This document shows positions 38,598-52,370 of a stretch of DNA of 64,000 nucleotides, one piece after another; the stretch's first letter is position 1, and each line of letters opens with the position of its first letter. The notes below the pieces were generated by a model. That model did no database searches. It saw only the letters and a program-made list of their open reading frames with translations, and was not told where the DNA came from. The DNA lies in contig OZ316892.1 of assembly GCA_973895155.1 (NCBI GenBank), positions 28,836,932-28,900,931 of the forward strand, read 5' to 3'. Source of the DNA: Marsupella aquatica. Taxonomy: Eukaryota; Plantae; Marchantiophyta. Position numbers and translations under genes: made by a program.

Positions 38598-39125
38598 AGG
38601 CAAGATGTGAGGTGAAGGCAAGATTTTGAGTGATCTAGATGTCAAGGTGAGGGCGAGATTTCGAAGAGAGGCAGCAATGGCAAGATGTCGAGGAGAGGCA
38701 AAGATGTCAAGCGAGGGCAAGATGTCGAGGAGGCACAAAGATGTTAAGCAAAGGCAAGATGTCGAGTGAGAGCAAGATGTCGAGGAGAGAAAGATGTCGA
38801 GGAGATGGTAAGATGTCAAAGCAAGCACAAGATATTGAGGCGAAGCAAAGTTGTTGAGGCGAGGGCCAGATGTTGAGAAGAGGCAAAGATGTCCAAGCGA
38901 AGGTAAGATATCGAGGGGAGGGAAAGATATCAAAGAGGGGCAAAAATGTTGAGATGAGTGCAAGATGTCGAGGCTAGGGCAAGATGTCAAGGCAAGGGCA
39001 AGATGTTGAGATGAGAGCAAGATGTAGAGGCAAGGGCAAGATGTCAAGGTGAGGGGAAAGATGTCGGGACGAGGGCAAGATGCTGAGATGAGGGAAAGGT
39101 GTTGAGGCAAGGCGAAGACGTGAAA
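38598..39125. repeat. ~18-bp degenerate minisatellite (GCAAGATGTCGAGG core); related tracts at ~33230-33400 and ~39430-39500
   Basis: More than 20 recurrences of aagatgt(c/t)rag, purine-rich on the + strand. Confidence 0.9.
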
Positions 39126-41150
39126 ACGAGGCAAAAGATAAATAATTGCGGAGAAAGACAATGTTCAAAAATAAATCAAAGGAAATAAAAGCGAAAAGAC
39201 AAACACAAAAGGCAAAGTGGGAGAAACCCAACAAAAGGGACTTAGAGGTTATCGTATCCATAGCTATGGAGTTTTGCAGATCAAGGGTCAACAAAAAAAC
39301 TTCTTTAATTTCATTGAATGGTTGAGGTCAAATCCAGCCTAATCTTGCGACTTTAAGCATATGATGCCCTAAAATGGATGGGATCCCTTATTATATTGTG
39401 TGATAGCCCAATGCCCATGCTTTATAGAGAAGATATTGAGGCAAGGTAAGGATGTCGAGGCAAAGGAAAGGTGTCAAGGCAAGGCAAGAATGTTGACCGA
39501 GGCTACAAAAAAATGTCAGATTGGCTAGTCAAATCCATGCAGCTTCTCTAAAGTTGGGTTAGAAGGGACATAATATTTGCTGACAAAGACTCTTGCTTCA
39601 ATGTCTGCACAAGAAGATAAGAGATTTGCAAATGTCCAATTGTGCTAGACATGTGCAGTCGAGGGCAGGCCTTCCACTCCAATCCCTCTCCTCCAACATA
39701 GTGTGCCTTGTGCAATTAACTCACTGACTCACTCAAAAAGTTTTGACTTGGACCATAGACTTGGGACCACCAAATCCTATGATTGACTGTAATTTTCATT
39801 GTCATTAATGATTGAATCCAAGGCCCCATCCTCTTGAGCAACCTACCTCTCCTCCAAGGAGAGCTAGAAAGTTGGCGATGAAATCTAACAATCTTCACGA
39901 AGGGCATGACTTTCTTGGGGTCTCAGTTCAATTCAAGAGCCCTGCAACCCATACATGCAATAGTGAAAAGACAAAGTTTAAAGGAGAACCCGTCTACTTT
40001 TACCATGATTTGTCAAATGCCAACAGAACTTGTCGTTAAAACAAATATTCAAGTCTAGAATGCAAGGAAAAACTAAGGATTATTAGGTGGTCACTGATTT
40101 CTCTTGCACTGCTCCAAGTAGTTTTTTAAACACGCAACCAAGATTTATTCCCTATCTACCGTTGATGACAAAACAAAAAATAAAAGTCAAAACACAATCC
40201 AATAGATAAGCTTTGATAATCCATTAGGGATAACAATGGCTTTTAGCAAAATGATAACTTAAACACATAGCCCTAAACAATTTTTACCTAAGTCTCTAAT
40301 CCTAAAGAGGCAACTTGTGTGATTCATAGCACCTTGCAACACCTTGGGAGCTTCAAGGTTGATGTTGGGGAAGAAGCAAGAACTCCAAAAGTTTAGCTCA
40401 CAACACTAGCTTGCATAGCAACTCCAGAGCGTACCAGCAACTCAAACCTCCACAAATTTTATTCAAAAATGGGTTATTCAATCTGTAAACTTCAACATAA
40501 AAAGGGTGGAATTGGAAAATTACAGTTTCAAATGCAAGGCTAATGAAAGGGACCTCATGTACCTCAAATGCACAATGTTAAAAGTAGTTGAAGCCAAACC
40601 ATTCCCTAAACAAGAATGCAGATAAGCTCAATTGCCTTGCACCTCACAAATTAAGGAGACATGTGAAAGGAAGAACAAATATCAACATTCAAGGGTATAA
40701 CCATTGTGACAACAAATAGCAAACAACAAACAATTACTTGTAATAGCAAATGGGTGTAACTTTTTGGATTTTTTTTGGATTTTTTTTTTTGGAGTCGATA
40801 TTTTTTGCTAGCGCCGGGAGCTACTAATAGTATCACCTTACACTAGCACAAAATTGTCATGTTTTAGATTATTTTGAAAATTGTGACTTTCAATGATATA
40901 TTTTTAGATTGTCTATTTTGCTTGTAACAATAAAGTTTTTCTTGTAACAGGAAATGTTTCAATGCTCGTATAGTATATCTGTTTGTTGTCACGATGAACC
41001 CTCAACATTCAACAATCATAAAAAGCTTATTGAAGAAAAAACATTCAACAATCTAAAATTTATTAACCTCTAGGGTTGCAAACTAAAACTAGTCAATCAT
41101 AAGTTTAAATTTAAGTTCTTTCAATCAAAATTGAACTTTGTAGTCGTGCA

Positions 41151-41442
41151 TGTTGGGGATAATCCCTATCTCAAGACACCATACACATGTGAACACCATA
41201 CAAAGTAGTCGACATAGCGAGTACGTGATTCACCTCGATCATGAGGCTACGTCCACCGGAAAGCAAGAGACCTTTATTTCTCTCTTGCCCAACTCCAACA
41301 ATGAATTGAAGATCCACCAGGGGCTGGCATTAACCCTGGTTATATACAACATGCATCACTACTAACCTCAGCTAAGTTCTAACCTGAGTTAGCCTAACTG
41401 TGGTTAGCTCTAGAATCATAAGACTAAGAGCAATACTCAACA
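41151..41442 (-). mobile_element. Solo LTR, copia-type, related to the LTR at 57619-57946
   Basis: TGTTG...CAACA termini with TSD GTGCA/GTGCG (one mismatch). Shares 'gtagtcgaca', 'ttcacct..aggctacgtcca', 'ccctgg.tatatacaa' and 'ctaactgtggttagc' with 57619-57946. Confidence 0.8.
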
Positions 41443-43849
41443 GTGCGCTTAGAGTCAATAAGTGCATACAAGTCAGTGCTATGATGACAACAAATTACAA
41501 GATGATTTAAGGTAAGACTCAGTAGCGGGGAAAAATTATGGCAATGACCTTCCCGACCACCCATCAATCCATGTAAGAAATAACAGCAAATGCAAACAAC
41601 ATAGGCTCGCGATTGCTGTTGGATCACATCAGCTGAAGTTTGTTTTCTCAAGGATGACTCAAAGATGGCGCCAAGCACTACTTGGGAGGTGAAGGGACAA
41701 CTGACAAGATTAATAAGAACACCATGATTGACTATAAGGGGTTGGTGATGTTACCTAAATTGACAAGCCTTATCTCAGATTTTTAATGCAGCCATAGCAG
41801 CCCATGCTATAGCAACAGCAATGGAAGCAACAATAGCTTGTCCACTCGAGAACTTGATGGGTCCTTGTATTTGGTCTCATCAATAGTCTACAACTTAACA
41901 TATAATATTTTCATGTCACAAAGAATAATGCACATCCCTTCAAAACCCTAATCTCCCTCTAATAAGGACAATGACAATACTAATTAAGGTCACAGACACT
42001 ATTATTAACATTCATTATAGTAGGAACCACATTGAACATACATAAATAAGCTAGAAATACTACTCTCAAAGCCTTATCAAATTTTCCGTTATCACTCTAT
42101 ACTTTCTCCTTGGGTTGGTATTTATTCAGGCTGGTCCAAAAAATCTGCACATGGGAAGTCGAGAGAAATAGGAAGTTCAATGAAAAGCTCACCCATGGGA
42201 TAATGCTCAGACAACAAGGTAATACTTTGTCATTAAGGGGAGGATGTGTTAACTGAAAATGACTACATTTATTTTGCCAACGTTACACATTTGAATAAGA
42301 CACAAAAACAAGATTGTAAATAGTTGAAACTAATGTGCTTGCCGGTAGATATGGAGAAAGATTGGATTTTTCTATGGACTTTTTGTGAGGAGATATACAA
42401 ACCAGGAACAAATGGCTCACAAAAAAAATTCAAATAAAATTTCAATGGTCGCAACATCAATACATGAAAATCAATCAATCAAAAGAATTTCACAACAAGA
42501 AAACCAAAACACGGATCATCAATGGTTGCCTCTTCTTCTTTCCATAAAACAAAACCAAAAGATACAACATTGCCTACCAAGGAGACCGAAATGACAAGAC
42601 CATAGAAAGCACCACAAAATAAGCTCAGGTTCTCTGAATGCAAGCCTTCTCATCTCTATGCAATGAACTTGACAGCTTCCGCATAGAACCAAGGAATGAG
42701 GTAGCTAATCAATAAGCACTCAACTCAAGAGCAAGCAACAACTTAAAGGCCTAAGTAAGTCTAATTTGCACAACACCAAATAATGCTCACCTCCTATTGA
42801 GGACTCATGATTTCGTGATCCTTGCTTCCTTCCCATCTCGAACCTCTTGTCAACAGTGAGAAACCCTAACATCAATGTTCCAGTGTTACAAGTAAAACTC
42901 ATACTACACAGTTGCACTTGACAGAACCTACATTCGGTAGCTGAACCTTAGAAATACTGAAGGATTGAAAAAAGTTACTAGATAGGGCAGAAGAATCACA
43001 TTGGCTTGGGGATACCTACTAACTATGTCTAGTGGAACATTAAGATGAATAGCAAAACACACAAAAAAGCATATTAACCTCCAAAAAATCAACCAAACTT
43101 AGCACAAGGTAACATCTAGGTACTCATCCCTTCTACAATAATATTCTCAACTAACTACAAAATTGGAATTATAGTAAAAGAGATTGTCAATAAAAGGCAA
43201 TTTATGTCACATCTTAAAATCCTCGTACAAGAGAGATTTCAATCTAGGGTCCTAGACACACTCCTCCACTATTATCAAACAAGAACCTTTTATCTTCAAG
43301 TCAAGATCTTCAACACACAACACAAACTCCATCCGCCTCCCCCCACCAAAGCTTCTCCACTTCAAATCATCATTGAATAGAACCTAGGACCGAGCCTAGA
43401 AAGTATGCACATAAACCCCTACACAAGCAAAAACCCTTGTTAAAACACCAAAGCTTCAAAACATTAACCTAACAAATAGGGAGACTGAGGGCAATGCTGA
43501 GAGACAAAATGTGGGGAAAAATGACCAAAAAATGTGTCTCATGATAAAGCACCCCTCAGATTGCCCTCCTTGGTGGTTTGGTCCCTCCTTCAAAATCCCC
43601 TTACTTAGACTATCTAATCTAGGGCATAAAGAGATCAACGTACCGAGGACAAGAGCAATTTTGCCTTTTCATCATACTTCAACTCTAGCTCTTCTTTCAT
43701 CTTCAATTTTTTTGGATCAATTTCAGTAAGAGGGAATCCTCCATTAGCAAAAGTTCCTCAAACATTCACCACAAATTTGCCGCCACCTTTAGCTCTTCAT
43801 CGACTTTTAGTTCATCATATCATGTAGTCATTTCATTGTTCGCCTTTTC

Positions 43850-44052
43850 TATCTCCATCTTCTTACATTGTGCTAGGTTTGACCAATGTTAGCTTGCCTC
43901 CTCGTCTCCATCCGCCAACAACGTGCCAAGTTTGACCAGTGTCAATCCATCTTTGTCTTCATCTTTTGACAATGTGCTAGATTCGACTAGTGTCAGCCCA
44001 TCTTTTCTGTCTCCATCTCCTAACAATGTGTCAGGTTTGACGACTGTTAGCC
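43850..44052. repeat. ~55-60 bp degenerate tandem repeat, 4 copies
   Basis: Unit ctccatc...acaatgtgctaggtttgaccartgtyagc. Confidence 0.75.
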
Positions 44053-45424
44053 TCATAGCTTGTACGTGTTCTTAGAGAGCTAGATGTGTTGTGCGCTCCC
44101 TAAAAGGTATCACATGGGGTTATTAAATAAATTTTTGAGCTTTTTAAGAATTATAGTTACCTCTTTGTATATAATTTTAGTCTAGTGTAAGGTTTTAGGC
44201 CTAAGTCAACTTTAAACCTAGAAGATTGAGTAAGGAATTTATTAACAATAAATTTAAGGGATAACAATTGTCTTTTGACGATATTTTAATCAAATCTTTG
44301 CAGATCATAAAAAAATCTGATTTCTAGTAATTAGATACATTTTTAGACAGAGAAGTCTACCCTAAAAATTTCAGGCAAAACGGACGTGTAGTTAGGAAGT
44401 TATGGCCATTACCATCTCGCAAGTTAACACTTTGACTCTTTGACACTTCGATTAATTTTTTGGGTTTTGTGATTTTCTACTATATTGACATCTTTCAATA
44501 TTTTATGAATAGACTTAGATTAGTCCAAAACATCTGAGTGTTTGCTAGGTGATAGATTATAGATAGAGGAAGGCACTAGCAAACTTTTAATGCAAATAGA
44601 GTTCAGATTAGATTTTTTAAAAATCATAAAAAATAGGGGTTTAATAGTTTTGTTGTAGAATCGCTAAGCCACTAGTTTAGCCGTTTCATCGCAAGTTAAC
44701 CAAGGGGTATTCATGAGTGAAAAGATGGTACTCTAATATGGGCGAGGATATTCAAAAGAAGATGAAAGAAGAGGTAGAGGATAATCAAAGGAGTAAAAGA
44801 GATATATAAAATTACTTTGTCGGTGATCAGCCTGATTGAGACATGAAATTAGGTACGAATGAAAACTCAACCTACCATTGATTGATGAGATATGGTAGTT
44901 GGAAAATTCACTGATTACAAAGAGTGTAATTGAAGAGCCAGGTCGAACTGAAGATGACAATGTCAACATCACAAATTGTCAAAGAGAAAATCACAGAAAA
45001 TTCATGGTAAGAAAACTCAGCAACAACAAATATTTTCTAGAGCCACATTTGCTTGACCAAATTGGCTAATATATTTTATAGATTTAGAAGGGAAGTAGAT
45101 GCACCAAAATGATAATTCTAGTAACAAGGGTTTAGGGTATTAAGAAAGGTTCAGGTGAAACTAAAATACTATTAAACCCTACTTCACCATACTTGCAGAC
45201 CAACACATCACGGAAATTAGTTTTCTTACGACATATGATCCTAATATTTTCAAGAGAAAATAAAACAAGAATATCATCTGGACTCCTATTCAGATCCATG
45301 ACTTCAATAAAAGACAAAGATAATGCATTCTCACTCTTTTCGGTACGACACTATTGAGTATACTATTGGCTCGTTAGAAGCCATAACAGCAGTTGCAAAC
45401 TGAGCTCCAAAATGATAGGTTAAA

Positions 45425-48262
45425 TGTTGCCTCATGGATGGTTTGTCTAAAAGATGGACTCTAATCAAAAACGGATTACGAAAGGGAAAATCAAGGATAA
45501 TTCTCTCCTGGATTCATGATGACTCTCCTATTCCTTTGCTATCCGGGCCAAAGGATGCCTCGCCCCTAAATTCCCAAAGAAACCTTATTCCCTAAGGTCC
45601 CATCTATAAGTCTACCACTCATTCCTTTGCTATCCGGGCCAAAGGACGCCCCACTACTATGTTTAAGGCGCAAAGAACTTCACAACCTTGAATGATAAAC
45701 ACTGCGGAATGAGGGGAGAGTGTCTCTCACCACTTTATTTATAGTGCACACCAAGAGGGCATGGATCAAGCCCAAGCACTTGGATAAAGGCCAAGTGGCA
45801 AGCATCAAATACCTAAGAGTGTGCTAGTACTGTTCATAGTTGATGAAACTACTTTTAGTAGGTAGAACTACCATGCATTGATGGAACTACTGTGCGTTGG
45901 TGGACCTACTATGCGTTGGTGAAACTACTATGCGTTGTGGACCTATTATGCGCTAGTGGACCTACTGTGCGTTGTTAGATCTATTGTGTGTTGGTAGAAC
46001 TACTCATATGCATTGGTGGAACTACTGTAATCTGTTAATATAGCTAAAGAAGTTAATAAAGTCTAAAATTAATAATTTAACTATTAAACTACTTATATAA
46101 TCTATAACATATTAAAACAAACAATTTTTTATAACTTAAGAGAAATCACGACATATCACCCCTACCAAACCTGTGCATCCTCCGGTATGCATCACACCTA
46201 GAATCACTACATGTCTTCTTCATCTAAAGCCTCATAGTCGTCTGGTTCAAACTCTTCCTCTGTCACAAATCGAGTTCGTCGTTTAAACAATTTCACTCAC
46301 TTCCCTGCATAGGGATTGCGATGAATTGCTCCATCAAGTTCTCTTACCACATATGTTGCATTATGACGAACCTCCTCCACCACAAATGGTCTTCTCCAAC
46401 GACGTGCAAACTTCTTCAGAATAGAATATTGCTGTTCCAACCCTCCCTCATAGATCAAGACCCAATCTCCATTCTAGATGGGAATTGGTCTCAAACGATG
46501 GATCTTGTCAAATCGCTCCTTATTATTTTCATGAGCCTCCTTTAGCCTTAGTAACGCCTCCTCAATCTTCTTCTTGGTCTGGCTAAAGTGCTCAATCCTT
46601 CGCTCCAACAACTTTTCTCGGGAGATTCTATCTTGTCATTCAATCATCCTCCAACTTTGAATATTTTCCTCAATCGGCATCAAAGACAAATGTCCAGAGA
46701 CTAATTCGGTAGGCGTAATTCTTGTTGTGATAGTGCATGTCATTCGATCTGCCAAAAGAGCAAACGGTAGAAGATTGAGCCAAAGCGATGGTTTTCCTCG
46801 GCAAAATTTCACCAAGGCATTCACAATCAGTGGGTACCCTCACTCAATCTTTCCATTTCCTTCTGGGTTGTAGGCAATAGTAAGTTTGAGCTTGATGTTG
46901 AACCGGTCGAAAAATTATGCAACTTCTTCATAATTCAATTCTCCTCTATCTGCTCTCATTTGCACAAAACAATCATGACGTGCTATAACGTTTTCAAGTA
47001 TGAACTTGCATACTGCTTCTATAGTGTTAGAGGTCAAAGCCCTTCCTTCAACATCAGAAGATAAATTTTCTCTTGCAAGGACAAGGTACTTTGCCCCCCT
47101 AATTCTCCATGGCATGTGCACCACATCTATTGCCCATTGAAAATGTAAAGAAAGAGGACTAGTGTGATTAAGTCCATCTCTAAACCAAACTTTAGAGTAA
47201 TATTGACAACTCTCACAAGATCCAACATAGGATTTTACATCCACATACATGTTTGACCACCAGTACCACCTTTGAACCCGCTCATAGGTAGCTCTAACTC
47301 CTTGATGTCCTACTTCAACAACATCATGAAAATCCCATAAGACTCTCTTCTTCTCTTCATCTGTATCAAGAACTCTACAAAGAACATGTCCTTTCTTCAA
47401 AGATTTTCTCCATAAAACACCATCCTTTAGCATGAACTTGTAAGCCTTCTTTCGTAATTGTTGAAACTTCTCTTCTATCATTTCAATAGGCCTTTGAAGA
47501 GTACTAAGGTACCTTCCAATCAAGAGCAACTCTCCAAATAGAGGTCCTCTTGAAATGTTAAGATCTCAAACTCTCCATTCATCACTTGAACCGCCTCCAC
47601 TTCATTCTGATCATAGCGGGCTCTTAAAAGCATATCTGCTACTGGATTATCTTTTCCAGCAATGTGTCGAAGCTCGGGGTTGATCATCCTAATAAAAGCT
47701 ATCCAACGTAGCATAGCAATGTCTGGAGTATCACAGTTAGCAATCATCCCTAAAAGTGGTAAACAATCAGTCTCAAGAATGACTTGTGCTCCAATCAAGT
47801 AGACTTTTTCTTGACACAAGGCTATCCTTGCTCCCCACAACTCTCGCTTGATTTGAGGGTAGTGCCTTTATCTTGCTGAAAAGATCTTAGCTCCAAACCT
47901 TGCTGCAAATCTTCTTCCCTCATCATCCTGCCCTACCGCCCATCCAACAGCATCAAGACTTGAATCTACAGTGACAATGATGGGTCTTCCATCATAGCAT
48001 AAGGGACGTAAAATAAGAGGACTAAGTAAGGTCTCCTTTAACCTTTGCATAGCCTCCTTATGTGCCTCTGTCCAAACAAAGTGCATATTCTTCCTCAATA
48101 ATCCGTACAAAGGATTAGCAATATGTGCAAAGTGAAGAATCCAGATTATATAGAACAAGCAAGTGCCAAGGAACCTTCGCACCTCCGAAGTTGACCTACA
48201 ATCTTTCATCTGATTGATTGCATCTACCTTTCCTCCATTTGACTTCCTCCCATCAACTCTAG
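45425..48262 (-). mobile_element. Ty3/gypsy remnant: RT C-terminus, RNase H, integrase, PPT and probable 3' LTR
   Basis: Domains KVDAI..EVRRFLG, VTVDSS..AVGW, ETDCLPL, HIAGKDNPVADML, GHQGVRATY..YWW..VKSYVGSCESCQ, WAIDVV and ADRGE occur in RT-RH-INT order. PPT GGTAGGGGTGATA is followed by TGT at 46153, with TATA near 45740. The left LTR boundary is tentative. Confidence 0.85.
45840..46027. repeat. ~20-bp tandem array inside the gypsy LTR
   Basis: Unit tggaactactrtgcgttgg, about 9 copies. Confidence 0.85.
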
Positions 48263-49364
48263 TGGTGACCCTCCCACCACGTGCCCGTCCAAACTCGTTT
48301 CTCAACCTTGAAACAAGTCGAACCTTGCACTAACATGGAATGTTGGGGCAAGTTCTCCCCGACTATACTCCTTGTCGTTAGCGACCCCTCCCATACGAAG
48401 CCGCACTTGCCCTCGTCAGCACAACCGTCGCTCAACGGTCTTTGCTATCTGCACAAGCAACCAACCAACCGGTAAGAACTTGTCTTGATCTCGGAACTCC
48501 CAAGACCATTGTCTTGCCTCAAGCTCAACAGTCGTTAGTACGTAGGTCAGCGGATAGAGCCTCCCAGGCCCGCATGGCCTTGCCATAAGCTGAAACTAAG
48601 GTCGACATCACTGTTCGTCCAGAACAGTCTATCTACCGGATGTCGCCCAAGCTTCCCTACTTTCTACCCGTCAATGGCTGACCGCCCTGCCTCCAGGACA
48701 TGCCCATGGCCTAAACTCAGTTTGTCACAAACTAGTAGTAACACGCCGGGACCATTCAGTTTCTAGATCTTAGCCACCTCTCTCCGAAACCGGGTTCCGC
48801 TCAACCTCTCACCATGCATCAGGACCAGATCTCAATGGCAGCCCCCAGAGTCTACTTGGTTCTACCTCTCCAACATCAGGTCCCCGTGGGAATCAAATGC
48901 AATTTGGTCACTGTTCGACTTCGGATCGGCAAAAGGGACTCCCCCCATTGCAAGCCTCAAAACCAAAATCATCCAATACACAATCAGAGAGCATCATGAG
49001 GTAGCTTTCTTCATTAGCTTTCCAACGAGCCCAAGAACTCCCCCAACGGAGATCCGGTCGTCGAGTTATGTTTGTTTCCGCCTCAAAACTTGAAACGACG
49101 TATCTTCGTTGATTGCGATCAGCTCGAGCTCAAACTTGAGAGGACCACTCCCCTCATATATGCTTCTGGGGACCTGCCATCCCCGGACCAGCTTTGGTCC
49201 CCTATCTTTGGCCCCCTACCCGAGGGTAATTAAAACCTTCTGTAACTTGGCCTCGAGCGCAAATTATGCCATAAGGAACTAAAAGTTACGGTCCTAATCC
49301 CGCTCTGGTCCAGGCAACTCCCTCTTGGTCCATCGATGCGCGGCGACTCTAATCGAGTCTAAAT

Positions 49365-49580
49365 CGGCCATAACTTTTGGCCCCTAGGTCCGTTGGCCAA
49401 AAAATATGCGGCCCCATGATCGGGCTCATGTGGGGCTTCTCAGGCCCCTATGGTGATCCGTTGGAAAAATAGTTCATTTTTCTGTGATCGGCAACGGGCC
49501 CAAATTACAAGTATGCGGCTTGAGTCGGCCATAACTTTTGGCCCCTAGGTCCGTTGGCCGAGAAATATACGGCCCCATGA
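49365..49580. repeat. Direct repeat cggccataacttttggcccctaggtccgttggcc...cggccccatgat, 2 copies (probable retroelement leader)
   Basis: Copies start at ~49365 and ~49527. Confidence 0.7.
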
Positions 49581-51054
49581 TTGAGTTCACAGAGGTGGCA
49601 AAAGCATTAGACTGCAAGTTAGGCTTTGACAAGTGTTGGGGAGGCTTGGATGGTGGTTGGAGCTTGAGTTTAGGTTGTTTGGAATTGGTCCATGATTTTG
49701 TTGTTGTCTGGTCTTTATTTGCTCAAAACATTCACTTGGATTTAGTATCTGGTTTATGGTGGAGAGGCGGCGGGCAGTTGTTGGGCTGCTAGTGAATTAC
49801 TGGCAAGTGCTTGGTTGGTGTGAAGTGGGCTGGAGGAGAAAGTTGTAAATTCTGATGGGGGAGGCAGGTCAGGAGCTTAAGGGAGAGCTTGGAGGGAATG
49901 AGGGGATTTATTCTTCATTCTCACTTTCTTAGAGTTGAGAGCTTGGAGATGGGGAAAAGAGATATTGCCATGATTGTGAGTAAAAGAGCCATAGCTTCTC
50001 TCTTCTAGGTGCCTACTGTTTGAAGGGCCTAGTTGAGTGTTGGGAGGTAAATTCTATGATGGAAGAGGGACCTGGGAAGTAGATGTGAAGGAATTGGGCT
50101 TATGTGTGCTTGGAGGTGTGTTGCCTAACCTTGAGTGCATCTGCCTTGGTAATTGACTTGTTCATTCACCTACCGGTGTGAATTTGTCTTGCCTTGGGGG
50201 TTTGTATAGCTTGGAAGGGGCACCTTTGTTGCAATCCTTACCCAATATCTAGAACATTGAAGGTGAGGTGGAAACTATTGGCTTCACTCTTGAGCGGAAA
50301 TGCTGGCCAATTTTCCACTCAGTTTGGGAGAATGAAACATTGAAGGATGATAAGTAACGAGTATGGAAGGAGAAAAGCTTTTCTCCATGGTTGAGGCTTT
50401 GCTTGCTTGAGAGTTGAAGTTCTTGAAGTTATTATGATGGTGTAGGACAAGAGTAGATAGGCTATTTTGAAGCCTTGTTTTTGATAGACTTGTTGGAGGG
50501 GTTGAGATGCAATCTTATACATACTATTTGGTGTTACTTGCTAGGAGGGTCTTGATGGAGACCTACTTTTGACTTAGAAAAACCTATAGTTATTGATTAT
50601 TGAGGAGAAGTTGTCCTCAATTTTGTAAATGGATGAGTTATTTTGCTTTGGCTATGGATGAGGTGGATAAATTTGTGATGCTTAGTTGATTAGAAGTCTT
50701 GTTGCTTAGAGTTGTCTTGTTGGTAACCGTCTACTATCTCAAGCAGCCATACACCGAGCGTGTTTCTCAAGACCTTTCCCATTTTTTTGCTTATCCTTAG
50801 GATAGCGTCCTGATGGAGAAGCTTGCAAGTTCTTTGCGGCCTCCACAATAAGTAGCTTTTGCTTAGTTTGTGTCAACAACTCCAAATTTTATTTGATGTA
50901 GTGCTTGAATTGAGAGTTGCATCAAACTATGTAAAAACTTTTATAAGACTTTGATATATGCACATTTCACTCTCATTTTTTTCAATTTGCTTGAAGCATG
51001 TGGAAACACAAGTGATCACAATGTATCATCCCTACGGGTAGCACGACGCCTCTG

Positions 51055-52370
51055 TCATTTCTCCTCCCATTCTATCTCAGGTAACAAATGATTCATTATT
51101 GCAACATGATATTTACGCTCATTGTCATAATTCCTTCGTGCGGCAAAGGACTGTCCAGGTTCATAAGAGGGGTCTAGATCCAACCCCCTAGCTGAATCAT
51201 ACACATCTCCACGATCAATATGAATATTGTGAAGAATATATGCATAAGTAACATAATGTGATAGTCGATAAAGAGATGACCGATACATTTTGTGTGAAAT
51301 AAACTATTTTTCAACTGCCCAAAAACTCGCTCCATGCACATCCTAGTTGAGGTCAATATATAATTAAATTATCTCTTATGACTACCCTCTCTTGTACCAG
51401 GGAAAGGGTTAAGCAACCAGGGATAAGCAGGGGAGCCAGAACCTCCAATAATATACTCCCTTGTATTGAATCTTATTAAAAAATTAAATACCGGACCAGA
51501 GAGTTTTGTGTGGTATTCCATAACATCATTAAAAAAACCAGACACCTTTAGAAGCTGAGAGTCTTGAATGCTACCAGGCCATCATGCAAAAACATCCAAA
51601 AATCAAAGACGGCTATCAGAGATAATTTGCATGAAATTTTTTTGACTACATTTGTAGTCACGATAATCAACAAAACTTGTTCCAGGAGGTAACTCCACTT
51701 GAAAATGAGTTGCATCAATTACACTACAACAATTAGGAAATCTCTGCAATTGTCAAAATTCTTCTTTTACCCTTGCCATGGCCTTTCCTTGCGACCAACT
51801 CAAATGTGTCCCCTTTTCTCACGTGATTAAAGCCCTAACAAATTACCAAACAATATCCGATATGCATTGGACAAAAACCTCAAACATCTCTGAAAGTGCC
51901 AATAACAAACAACCACTGGAAAACCGCCGAAGGGCTATGGCAACTTGACGCTCAATGGACAATGTTCTGTTTATCAAATTGCGAAGGCCAGGTGGTGGGT
52001 TTGTTGTCATGTCTTCTCTAACTAGGTCACAAATGTACATGAATATTGGCGGTGACACTCGAAACAAGTATTTGAAGCAAACAGGATCATGCTTGATGAC
52101 ATGCATAAAATACCAATCACTCCACTCTCTTGATCTAGGCTCAATATAATTCCCAGATATTTGATGTTAGTCTCTGTAAAATGCGTGTTGAATAGTCTGA
52201 AAGAGTCGACAAAAATTTGCAAATTATGTATCGTTGTCATCCGCCACCCGTCTTTGTGGTAAAGAATCGGTGGTAACAAAGATGGCCAATTGTAGTTGCA
52301 ACAAGAGCAGTTGTTGCAGAGCGAGAATTATGAACAATATGATTTCTAATTCCTTATTTGAAAGCACCAT
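51055..52370 (-). pseudogene. PIF/Harbinger DDE transposase (DDE_Tnp_4-like) pseudogene
   Basis: Fragments FKYLFRVSPPIF..ICDLV, LSIERQVAIALRRFSSG, FPNCCSVIDATHF, WPGSIQDS, YPWLLNPF, STRMCMERVFGQLK and ILHNI, with multiple stops and frameshifts. A Tourist-like end AAACACACCA followed by TAA lies near 52640-52652. Confidence 0.88.

Noticed and set aside
38547-39294. Long Leu/Ser/Pro-rich minus-strand ORFs (204, 106 and 78 aa)
   Set aside because: They are translations of the 18-bp minisatellite, with no domain features.
48263-50740. Upstream half and 5' LTR of the gypsy element
   Set aside because: Repeat-like, but I found no second copy of the LTR, no PBS and no clear gag motif.
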